From Gaiellaceae bacterium (lineage in GTDB: Bacteria > Actinomycetota > Thermoleophilia > Gaiellales > Gaiellaceae), in the NCBI GenBank assembly GCA_035698025.1, contig DASSCF010000069.1, positions 4,656 to 68,655 on the forward strand: a DNA stretch of 64,000 bases. Reading direction: 5' to 3'. Each line of letters begins with the position of its first letter. The first letter of the stretch is position 1. The notes under the pieces were generated by a model. The model was given only the letters and a program-made list of their open reading frames with translations. It did not search any database and had not been told where the DNA came from. Of the stretch, positions 55,623 to 63,479 are shown piece after piece. The position numbers were made by a program, and so were the translations under genes.

Positions 55623-57497
55623 ATGCGCGCGTTCTTCGGTCCCGACGGTCGGCTCGCCAGCACGCTTCCCGGCTTCGAGCCGCGGGCGGAGCAGGCTGCG
55701 CTCGCCCAGGAGGTCGCCGACGCCATCGAGCGCGGCGAGCACCTGCTGGCCGAGGCCGGCACGGGGGTCGGGAAGAGCCTCGCCTACCTGATCCCGGCCC
55801 TGGAAACGGGCGAGCGGGTCGTGGTGGCCACGGCGACGAAGGCGCTCCAGGAGCAGCTCCTCACGAAGGACGTGCCCGCGGCATCGAAGGCGCTCGGCCG
55901 CACGTTCGACGTTGCGGTGCTCAAAGGCCGCCAGAACTACCTGTGCCGCAAGAGCCTCCACATGCTCGCCATGCCGCTCTTCCGGACGGCCGAGGACGCC
56001 GCCGAGTACGAGCGCCTCCAGGACTGGATCGAGACCACCGAGACCGGCGACCGCGCGGAGCTCTCCTTCGAGCCCGGCGCGAGCCTCTGGGCGGAGCTGG
56101 CGGTCGGCCCGGATCGCTGCGCGGGGCGGCGCTGCCCGATGCTCGCGACCTGCTTCTCCGAGCAGGCGCGATCACGAGCTCAGGAGGCCGAGCTCGTGAT
56201 CGCCAACCACGCGCTCTACTTCGCCGACCTCGCGCTCCGGGCCAAGACCGGCGACGGCGCGGGCGTGCTCCCCGAGCACGACGCGGTCATCTTCGACGAG
56301 GCGCACCGCCTGGAGGAAGCCGCCGTCGCCTGGTTCGGCGGGCGTGTGTCACTGGCGGGCCTCCGCCAGCTGCTCCGAGACGTGGAGCGGGCGTGCCGGG
56401 AGGGGGAGAAGCCGGCGCCTGCCCGCGCCCTCGCCGAGATCGACGAGCGCGGCGCGGAGCTCCTCACCGGGCTCGATCCCGGCCGCGGCCGCCGACGGCT
56501 GACGGAGGCCGACGCCGAGGCCGCCGCCGGGCCTGCGCGCCTGCTCGCCGGCGCGCTCGTCAACCTCGCGGACGCGCTCAAGGGCGGGAGCGACGACCTC
56601 GACCAGCTCGCCCGGCGCGCGCTCACGACCGTCGACGACCTCGGCGCCTGCCTGGCCGTGGAGGACGAGGACAGCGTCTCCTGGGCCGAGCAGGGAACGC
56701 TCGCCTGGGCGCCGGTGGACGTCTCCGACGTGCTGAGGGAGGCGCTCTGGGAGCGCCCGGTCGTCTCCATCCTCGTCTCGGCGACGCTCGAGCCGCGCTT
56801 CCTGCGCCGCCGGCTCGGGCTCGACGAGGCGCGCGAGGTCTCCCTGGAGTCGCCCTTCGACTACCGCGAGCAGACCCTGCTGTACGTGCCGCGCGCGTTC
56901 CCCGAGCCACGCTCGCAGGGCTACGACGCCCGCCTGGCGGACGAGGTCGCCGCCCTTTGCCGCCTCTCCGAGGGCCGCGCGCTCGTGCTGACGACCTCCT
57001 ACCGGGCGCTCGACGAGCTGGCCGACCGCGCCGCGCCGCGCATCCCGTACCCGGTCCTCATCCAGGGAGATGCACCGCGCGAGCGTCTTCTGGAGCGCTT
57101 CCGTAACGAGGTCGACACGGTCCTGATGGCCACGCAGACGTTCTGGCAGGGCGTCGACGTCCAGGGCGAGTCGCTCTCGCTCCTCGTCATCGACAAGCTC
57201 CCCTTCGCGGCGCCCGGGGATCCCCTGGTGGAAGCCCGGTGCGAGCGCATCTCGCGCGCGGGAGGAGACTGGTTCGCGGACTACGCGCTCCCAACGGCGA
57301 TCCTCCAGCTGCGGCAGGGCTTCGGGCGCCTCGTACGCGGCCACGCGGACCGGGGCGTGGTGGCCATCCTCGACCCGCGCCTGCGCACGAAGGGGTACGG
57401 CCGCAGGTTCATCGAGGCGCTCCCGCCCGCGCCGCTCGTGGGCGACCTGGCGTCGGTGGAGGAGTTCCTTGGCGTCGGGCAGCGCGCGACAGCCTGA
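55623..57497 (+). CDS. dinG: ATP-dependent DinG/XPD-like (Rad3-related) DNA helicase with Fe-S domain
   Basis: Walker A AGTGVGKSLAYL, DEAH box IFDEAHRLEE, a Cys cluster (C..C...CAGRRCPMLATC), and the C-terminal motif QGFGRLVR. Confidence 0.88.
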   Translation: MRAFFGPDGRLASTLPGFEPRAEQAALAQEVADAIERGEHLLAEAGTGVGKSLAYLIPALETGERVVVATATKALQEQLLTKDVPAASKALGRTFDVAVLKGRQNYLCRKSLHMLAMPLFRTAEDAAEYERLQDWIETTETGDRAELSFEPGASLWAELAVGPDRCAGRRCPMLATCFSEQARSRAQEAELVIANHALYFADLALRAKTGDGAGVLPEHDAVIFDEAHRLEEAAVAWFGGRVSLAGLRQLLRDVERACREGEKPAPARALAEIDERGAELLTGLDPGRGRRRLTEADAEAAAGPARLLAGALVNLADALKGGSDDLDQLARRALTTVDDLGACLAVEDEDSVSWAEQGTLAWAPVDVSDVLREALWERPVVSILVSATLEPRFLRRRLGLDEAREVSLESPFDYREQTLLYVPRAFPEPRSQGYDARLADEVAALCRLSEGRALVLTTSYRALDELADRAAPRIPYPVLIQGDAPRERLLERFRNEVDTVLMATQTFWQGVDVQGESLSLLVIDKLPFAAPGDPLVEARCERISRAGGDWFADYALPTAILQLRQGFGRLVRGHADRGVVAILDPRLRTKGYGRRFIEALPPAPLVGDLASVEEFLGVGQRATA

Positions 57498-57511
57498 TAC
57501 TTTTTTCATTC

Positions 57512-58192
57512 GTGGCCAAGAAAGATCGCGTCCCCACACCGCCCAAGCGTCCCGTCCAGGCGCCCAAGGCCTATAAAGCTGAGCACGACCCTGGACGCAC
57601 GCGGCTGATCTTCATCATCGTCGCGGCGCTCATCATCCTCGCCGCGGCCGCGGTCGGGATCGGCTTCATCATGTCGAGCGGCGGTGGTGACGGCGACGCA
57701 GGCCCGGTCGGCGACAATGGCACCTGCGAGCTGCAGACCTTCCCGGCGCTCGAGGCGACGCACGTGCAGCAGCTGCCGGACGGCTACGAGTACAACTCGA
57801 TCCCGGCCACGAGCGGCCTCCACAACGCGCAGACGGCGATCTGGAACCTCTACGACCAGCCCGTCCCGCAGATCAACTACATCCACAACCTGGAGCACGG
57901 CGGCATGGTCGTCCAGTACGGGAGCGAGGTGTCCGACGCCGACATCGCGTCCCTTGCGGACTGGTACCAGCAGGACACGCGCGGTCTGATCGTCGGGCCG
58001 CTGAGCGAGGACATGGAAGAGGAGGACCCGGCGCTCTCGGACAAGATCGTGGCCATCTCGTGGACGCACATGATGCGCTGCACGACGTTCGACGAATCCG
58101 CGCTCGACGACTTCAGCGACGACTACCGCGGGCCGCAGGGCGACGGCCCCGAGAAGTTCGAGCTCGACCAGTTACAGCAGGGCGGCGGATAG
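57512..58192 (+). CDS. DUF3105 domain membrane-anchored protein
   Basis: One TM helix (LIFIIVAALIILAAAAVGIGFI) followed by the NLEHGGMVVQY motif. The GTG start is preceded by TACTTT 8 nt upstream. The gene contains an in-frame TTA codon at 58172-58174. Confidence 0.75.
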   Translation: MAKKDRVPTPPKRPVQAPKAYKAEHDPGRTRLIFIIVAALIILAAAAVGIGFIMSSGGGDGDAGPVGDNGTCELQTFPALEATHVQQLPDGYEYNSIPATSGLHNAQTAIWNLYDQPVPQINYIHNLEHGGMVVQYGSEVSDADIASLADWYQQDTRGLIVGPLSEDMEEEDPALSDKIVAISWTHMMRCTTFDESALDDFSDDYRGPQGDGPEKFELDQLQQGGG

Positions 58193-58221
58193 CCCGGGGC
58201 TCCCGCGCCCGGGCACGTGAA

Positions 58222-58304
58222 GCCGGGGTGGCGGAACGGTAGACGCGGGGGGCTTAAAACCCTCTGCCCGCAAGGGCGTGTGAGTTCGAATCTCACCCCC
58301 GGCA
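58222..58304 (+). tRNA. tRNA-Leu (anticodon UAA), type II long variable arm, CCA not encoded
   Basis: Hand-folded: acceptor GCCGGGG/CCCCGGC, anticodon loop CTTAAAA, variable arm GCCC-GCAA-GGGC, T-arm GTGAG-TTCGAAT-CTCAC, discriminator A. Confidence 0.9.
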
Positions 58305-58451
58305 CTGGAGAAGAAGTTCCGCGCTCGGCGGATCCCATCCGTTCGGCCAGGAATGGCCGACGACTCTTGGAATCGTGTGGCGAATGACGCATGCTGGATT
58401 CGCCAGCAGTCCCGTGCGGCGCGGGACCGATTTCTGGGAGGAGAGTTTCAG

Positions 58452-60260
58452 ATGAGGGGATGGCGCACACCACGAACGATCGCGGGCGTGTTCGCGCTGG
58501 CGATCGCAGTTGCGGCGGTAGGGGTGGCGCCCGCGACAGGCAAGACGTCGAGCTCGGGGACATTGACGGGCCAGTGCCCGACGATCATGCCCCTGGATGA
58601 CGTGGCCACGGGCATGCGGGGAACGGCGGTCTCGGTCGTCCGAGGGCGGACGCTCTCGACGATGAGCGCCGAGGTCCTCGGCGTCCTTCGGGACGCGGTC
58701 GGCCCCGGCCGGGACATCATCATCGTCGACCTGAGCGGGACGACGGTCACCCAGGCCGGAGGGCTCTGGGCAGGCGCGTCCGGCTCCCCCGTCTTCTTCC
58801 GCGATCCGTCGACCGGCAAAGACAAGCTCATCGGCGCGATCGCCTACGGTCTCGCAGGCGGAGGCTCGACGCTCGCCGGCCTGACGCCTGCCGAGGACAT
58901 GAACGATCTCTTGACGCTGGGCGAGGATCCGAGCCTCGCGTCCAAGCCGGTCAGGATCCCGACCGGGCTCGCGAACAGGATCTCCGCCGAGACCGGGCTC
59001 TCGGTGGCCGAGCTGAGCTCGTTCTCGCGCCTGAAGACGCCCGTGTCCGCATCGGGGCTCACGGCTCGTGGCCTCGAGCAGATGCAGGCGGCCATCGACC
59101 GGCAGGGCCTCCCGTTCATCGCCTACATGGGCTCGTCGGCCTCGACCAACCCGCCGCCCAGCACGCCGGCGGCGTTGCGCGCCGGCGACACGTTCGTCGC
59201 GGCGATGTCGACCGGTGACGTCACGGTCGCGGGCGTGGGCACGACGACCCTCGTCTGCAACGGCCGCGCCGTCGCCTTCGGCCATCCGTTCAACTGGACG
59301 GGCGAGACGACCATGGCGGCCAGGGCGGGCGACACGATCACGATCGTGAGCGACCCGGTCTTCGGGTCCTACAAGCTCTCGAACATCGGCGAGAGCATCG
59401 GAACGCTCACCCAGGACCGTCTCGCGGGCATCGTCGCGAACCTCGGGCCCGGCCCGACCGGGTCGCCCATCACGTCGACGGTCACCGACCTCGACACCGG
59501 CAAGAGCCGCAGCGGCCGAAGCGACGCCGTACTGCCCGAGTTCCTGCCCTTCCTGGCGTTCGAGCACCTCTTCATGAACGTCGACGTGGTCATCGACCGG
59601 ATCGGGCCCGGGAACACCGAGGCCGCGTTCACAATCCGCGGCACGCGCGACGGCGGCCGGACGTGGGAGCTCACGCGCTCCAACCACTACGCCTCGGACT
59701 TCGACATCTCGTTCGAGTCGGTCGCCGAGCCGGCTTTCACGGCCGAGCTCCTGCAGTTCTTCGAGGGCGAGGAGATCCAGGTCACGAGCATCGACGTGCC
59801 CAAGCTCGAGATCGAGAAGAGCTTCGAGCAGTACCAGGTGCGGAGCATCCTCCAGTGGAACGGCACGCGGTACGTCACGCGCGAGTACCTGCGCGGGCGG
59901 CCCGGCCAGATGCTGAAGCTCCGCATCGTGCTCAAGCCGGCTCACGCCGCCGGGCTCAAGAACGTCGACGTCCAGCTCAAGGTGCCCGCCAACGCACGGC
60001 GGAGCGGCTGGGTCGAGGTGTTCGGCGGCGCCTCCGCCTCGTCGGGCACCCCGTGCTTCATCTTCGAAGAGGAGTGCGACGAGGACGCGGCGGAGCCGAC
60101 CTTCGACCAGCTCCTCGCGTCGCTGCAGAACGCTCCGCGCGGCGACGAGGTCGTCGCGCGCCTCCGGCTCGGCAACGGAGCGATCCGCGCCACGACGACG
60201 AAACAGCAGGACGCGGTCGTCGTGGGACGCCGCGCCATCGGGTTCCTGCTCCTCAGGTAG
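58452..60260 (+). CDS. secreted serine peptidase, S55 (SpoIVB-like) family
   Basis: GGGAGGAG lies upstream of ATG 58452. The signal peptide is MRGWRTPRTIAGVFALAIAVAAVGVAPATG. The protease core is FSAEVLGV...GRDIIIVDLSG..GGLWAGASGSPVFF...KLIGAIAYG. Confidence 0.7.
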   Translation: MRGWRTPRTIAGVFALAIAVAAVGVAPATGKTSSSGTLTGQCPTIMPLDDVATGMRGTAVSVVRGRTLSTMSAEVLGVLRDAVGPGRDIIIVDLSGTTVTQAGGLWAGASGSPVFFRDPSTGKDKLIGAIAYGLAGGGSTLAGLTPAEDMNDLLTLGEDPSLASKPVRIPTGLANRISAETGLSVAELSSFSRLKTPVSASGLTARGLEQMQAAIDRQGLPFIAYMGSSASTNPPPSTPAALRAGDTFVAAMSTGDVTVAGVGTTTLVCNGRAVAFGHPFNWTGETTMAARAGDTITIVSDPVFGSYKLSNIGESIGTLTQDRLAGIVANLGPGPTGSPITSTVTDLDTGKSRSGRSDAVLPEFLPFLAFEHLFMNVDVVIDRIGPGNTEAAFTIRGTRDGGRTWELTRSNHYASDFDISFESVAEPAFTAELLQFFEGEEIQVTSIDVPKLEIEKSFEQYQVRSILQWNGTRYVTREYLRGRPGQMLKLRIVLKPAHAAGLKNVDVQLKVPANARRSGWVEVFGGASASSGTPCFIFEEECDEDAAEPTFDQLLASLQNAPRGDEVVARLRLGNGAIRATTTKQQDAVVVGRRAIGFLLLR

Positions 60261-60285
60261 CGCACAGACCAGGGAGAATCGCGCC

Positions 60286-60615
60286 GTGATCCTGCTCGGC
60301 GCGATTCTCCTTGCGGTCTTCGTCCTACCGCTCGAATGGGCGATACCGGTGGTCCTCCTCGCGGCGATCCTCGAGGTCGGAGAGACCTTCTTCTGGCTCT
60401 GGTACCAGCGCCGGCGTCGCGTGCAGGTCGGAGCGGAGACGCTGATCGGCGAGCTCGCGGAGGTGGTGACCCGCTGCGCGCCGAACGGCCAGGTGCGGCT
60501 CCAGGGAGAGATCTGGCGTGCCCGCTGCGATGAGGGGGCCGACCGTGGAGAGCAGGTCCGCGTGACGGCGCTCGAGGAGCTCACCCTGGTGGTCGAGCGA
60601 GCCCTCTCGGGCTGA
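60286..60615 (+). CDS. NfeD-family protein (short form: 2 TM + OB-fold)
   Basis: Two N-terminal TM helices, then LIGELAEVV....GQVRLQGEIWRARC......GEQVRVTALEELTLVV. Confidence 0.7.
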   Translation: MILLGAILLAVFVLPLEWAIPVVLLAAILEVGETFFWLWYQRRRRVQVGAETLIGELAEVVTRCAPNGQVRLQGEIWRARCDEGADRGEQVRVTALEELTLVVERALSG

Positions 60616-60658
60616 CCGCTGGACTGCCGGCGAGATTCGTGCGAGGCTCCCCGGCCCC

Positions 60659-61060
60659 ATGATCGTCCGCGAGGCGCTTGTCGCCGACCCGCCCATCCTC
60701 CAGACCGGCGAACCGGTTCAGACCGCCGCGGCCCTCCTCGTGAAGCCGCACGTCGAGAGCGTGCTCGTCGCCGACGGCGAGCGCCTCGTCGGGGTGATCA
60801 CGAAGGAGGCGATCGTCGCCGCCGTCGCCGATGCGCGCGACCTCCGCTCGCAGGCCGTGGGCGACGTGGCCGACCGTGACGTGCCGACGGTGAGCCCGGA
60901 GACGTCGCTCGGCGACGCGTTGCACCTCATGGTGGAGCGTGGCCTCGAGCGCCTCCCCGTCGTGGAGGACGGGCGCCTGCTCGGGATCCTCCCGCGCGAG
61001 CCGGTCGTTCGGCGTCTCGCCGAGGACGAGCCGCCGCCGGAGCCGGACGAGGCCGCGTAG
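60659..61060 (+). CDS. CBS-pair domain protein
   Basis: Two CBS repeats (SVLVADGERLVGVITKEAIV and RLPVVEDGRLLGILPRE). Confidence 0.85.
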   Translation: MIVREALVADPPILQTGEPVQTAAALLVKPHVESVLVADGERLVGVITKEAIVAAVADARDLRSQAVGDVADRDVPTVSPETSLGDALHLMVERGLERLPVVEDGRLLGILPREPVVRRLAEDEPPPEPDEAA

Positions 61061-61070
61061 GGGGCGGAGC

Positions 61071-61334
61071 ATGGACGCTGGTCGAGCCGAGCCGCTGAGC
61101 GAGACACTCGCCCGGCTCGACGCGCTCCTCGAGCAGCCTGCCTACAGCGACGACGACCGGGCCGAGATCGCGCAGCTTCTGATCAGGCTTGGCCTCGAAG
61201 CCGGCGACGAGGGCGACGGCGTCGTTCTACGCCAGATTCGCGGTCGCCTCGTTCGGCGGCCGCCCTCGGGCGGCATCGAGGTCGTCGCGACCGGCCGCTC
61301 GGACTGGATCGGGTCCGTAGAGGCGAAAGAGTGA
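61071..61334 (+). CDS. hypothetical protein (87 aa)
   Basis: Internal ATG of ORF 60939..61334, 10 nt after the CBS gene stop. I recognise no motif. Confidence 0.4.
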   Translation: MDAGRAEPLSETLARLDALLEQPAYSDDDRAEIAQLLIRLGLEAGDEGDGVVLRQIRGRLVRRPPSGGIEVVATGRSDWIGSVEAKE

Positions 61335-61344
61335 GCGGTCCGCG

Positions 61345-62070
61345 ATGAGCGACGAGCTGATCTGGCTCCTGATCACGACGGCGATCGCGCTCGTCGCCGG
61401 GGGCATCTCGGGCTGGGTGTCGGCGATGTATCGCCGACGTGAGCAGCGGCAGGAGCGGCTCCGTCTCGAGGTGCTCCGTTGGGCGAACCCGATCCTGGGC
61501 TCGGTGAGGAGCCTCAGGTCGCGGCTGGAGAACATCCTGGATCAAGACCTCTACGTGGCGCTCGACCGGAAGGCGGAGTGGTCCCTGAGCGAGGACTGGG
61601 CGATCGACCGCGTCTACGCGGTCGAGAGCACGCTGTTCGTGTTCGCGGAGTACTTCGCGTGGGTGCAGCTCCTGCATGAGAAGATGAGCTTCGAGCTCTT
61701 CGAGTCGGAGGAGACCAAGGACGAGTTTTTCGACGCCGTCTGGAAGGTCTCGGGCGCGCTCTCGAAGTGGCCCGATGCGCGGGTCGAGGGAAAGGGTCGG
61801 GACGCGCAGGTCTTCGTGCTCCAGCAGCGCGCCATCGGCGAGCTCCTCATCGTGCGGGACGGCGAGCTTCCGCGTGTTCTCGGATATGCCGACTTCCTCG
61901 AGCGAAGGGGCAAGCCACCCTTGAAGGACATGCTCGCCCCGCTCGAGGCGCTCCTTTCTGGGCTCGAGAAGGACAGCAAGCGCTGGCAACGCCTTCAGAA
62001 CACGCGTACAGCCCTCGGCGAGCTAGAAGGGCGCTGCAACGTACTGCTTGGCCGGGATCGAGCGGGCTAG
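61345..62070 (+). CDS. hypothetical N-terminally anchored protein (241 aa)
   Basis: One N-terminal TM helix (LIWLLITTAIALVAGGISGWV), then a helical domain. GC3 looks lower than in neighbouring genes. I recognise no family. Confidence 0.55.
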   Translation: MSDELIWLLITTAIALVAGGISGWVSAMYRRREQRQERLRLEVLRWANPILGSVRSLRSRLENILDQDLYVALDRKAEWSLSEDWAIDRVYAVESTLFVFAEYFAWVQLLHEKMSFELFESEETKDEFFDAVWKVSGALSKWPDARVEGKGRDAQVFVLQQRAIGELLIVRDGELPRVLGYADFLERRGKPPLKDMLAPLEALLSGLEKDSKRWQRLQNTRTALGELEGRCNVLLGRDRAG

Positions 62071-63026
62071 CAGCAGGTGTAGGCCCCGGGAGGAGCGTTG
62101 CCCTCCGCACGCTCGGGGAGCGTCGCTGCCTCGAGCGCTGCGCCGTGCATCAGGTCCTGCTCGCTGACCTCGAGCTCGGAGAGGCCGAAGTGCCGCAGGG
62201 TCTCGGCGACGACGACCGTTCCCGCGGCGATGACCGGCGCGCGGTCGGGATGGATGCCGCGGTTCTCCCGGATCGCCTCGACGGGCAGGGCGGCGAGACG
62301 CTCGGCCTCGGCGCCGATCCAGCCCGTGCTCATCGTGTGCCCGTGCACGAGGGCGGGATCCTCCTCGTCCAGCTCCAGCGACAGGGTCGCCAGCGTCGTG
62401 ACCGTCCCGGCGACGCCGACGGCGTGCGACGGGCGCGCCTCGTCGGGGACGTGCTCGGCCAGCAGAGCGTGGATGTGGTTCCGGCAGGCCTCGAGCTCGT
62501 CAGCGGCGGGCGGGTCGGAGCGGAGAAAGCGCTCCGTGAGCCGCACGCACCCGAGCGCGAGGCTGATGTGCCAGAGAACCCCGTCCGGGCCGCCGAGCAC
62601 GAGCTCGGTCGAGCCGCCGCCGACGTCGACGACCAGGGTCCCCTCGGCGATGTCGCGCCCGGCGAAGACGCCCGTGAAGGTCATCAGGGCCTCCTCGTCG
62701 CCGGTGAGGAGGCGGGTGTCGAAGCCGTAGCTCCACTCGACCTCGCCGAGGAAGGCTTCGCCGTTCTCGGCCTCCCGCACGGCGCTCGTCGCCACCGCGA
62801 GCGTGCGGTCGACGCCGCTTGCATCGAGCGCGCGGCGGTAGTCGGTGAGCGCGTTCCGCACGCGCGCGATCGCGGTGGGGAGGAGGAGCCGCCGGCCGTC
62901 GACGCCCTCGCCCAGGCGGGTGATCGTCAGGCGGCGGTCGAGCTCGCGCACGCGCCCGTCCTCGACCTCGGCAACGAGCAGCCGGGTCGAGTTCGTCCCG
63001 AGGTCGACCACCCCGACCCTGGTCAC
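62067..63026 (-). CDS. ppx: exopolyphosphatase / pppGpp phosphohydrolase (Ppx/GppA family)
   Basis: Motifs VGVVDLGTNSTRLLV, ATSAVREAENG and VDVGGGSTE. The GTG 63026 start forms a GTGA overlap with the upstream stop. Confidence 0.88.
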   Translation of the reverse strand: MTRVGVVDLGTNSTRLLVAEVEDGRVRELDRRLTITRLGEGVDGRRLLLPTAIARVRNALTDYRRALDASGVDRTLAVATSAVREAENGEAFLGEVEWSYGFDTRLLTGDEEALMTFTGVFAGRDIAEGTLVVDVGGGSTELVLGGPDGVLWHISLALGCVRLTERFLRSDPPAADELEACRNHIHALLAEHVPDEARPSHAVGVAGTVTTLATLSLELDEEDPALVHGHTMSTGWIGAEAERLAALPVEAIRENRGIHPDRAPVIAAGTVVVAETLRHFGLSELEVSEQDLMHGAALEAATLPERAEGNAPPGAYTCC

Positions 63027-63343
63027 TTGCGCAGGTACGCCTTCTGGAGGCGGGTGACCCCCGCGCGGGCCTCGGAGAGCGCCGAGGTGAGGACGGCCAG
63101 CCGCGCGAGCGAGTGGTCGAGCTGGGCGCGGTGCTGCTCGAACTCCGCCGCGCGCTTCTCGGCGTGCGCCATGCGGCGCTCGAGCTCCTCGCCCTGCCGC
63201 GCAAGCTCCTCGAGCTGGGCCGCGATCGTCTCGGCGAGCGCCGAAAGACCCTTCAGGCGGCGCACGGCGACGGCCGTGAAGATCGCCGTCGCGAGCAGCG
63301 AAAGCGCCAGGACACCAAGGCAAAGCCAGGTCCACCAGGGCAT
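63023..63343 (-). CDS. membrane-anchored coiled-coil protein (106 aa)
   Basis: ATG 63343 (MPWWTWLCLGVLALSLLATAIF...) is chosen because the longer ORF would run into the tRNA-fMet gene. A TM helix is followed by an E/R/A-rich coiled coil. Confidence 0.55.
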   Translation of the reverse strand: MPWWTWLCLGVLALSLLATAIFTAVAVRRLKGLSALAETIAAQLEELARQGEELERRMAHAEKRAAEFEQHRAQLDHSLARLAVLTSALSEARAGVTRLQKAYLRK

Positions 63344-63371
63344 GGGACTGATGCTATCCTTGCCCTCGCGA

Positions 63372-63445
63372 CGCGGGGTGGAGCAGCCAGGTAGCTCGCC
63401 GGGCTCATAACCCGGAGGTCGCAGGTTCAAATCCTGCCCCCGCTA
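63372..63445 (+). tRNA. initiator tRNA-fMet (anticodon CAU), CCA not encoded
   Basis: CGCGGGGTGGAGCAGCC.GGTAGCTCG..GGGCTCATAACCC... is nearly identical to the E. coli tRNA-fMet as I recall it. It has three G-C pairs closing the anticodon stem and an unpaired 1:72 position (C1/U72). Confidence 0.9.
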
Positions 63446-63449
63446 CTCG

Positions 63450-63473
63450 AAAGGCCCGCTCAGGCGGGCCTTT
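63450..63473. terminator. bidirectional hairpin terminator AAAGGCCCGC-TCAG-GCGGGCCTTT
   Basis: A perfect 10-bp stem flanked by A and T runs on each side. It lies between the convergent tRNA-fMet and the minus-strand reductase gene. Confidence 0.6.
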
Positions 63474-63479
63474 CGTGCT

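Noticed and set aside
58305-58451. Integrative element or genomic island inserted at tRNA-Leu
   Set aside because: No integrase or recombinase gene follows, and I found no direct repeat of the tRNA 3' end downstream. The only hints are slightly lower GC and some orphan genes.
63344-63430. N-terminal extension of the coiled-coil gene (ORF 63023..63430)
   Set aside because: The extension overlaps the initiator tRNA gene on the other strand and encodes no hydrophobic or conserved segment. The internal ATG 63343 begins directly with the TM helix.
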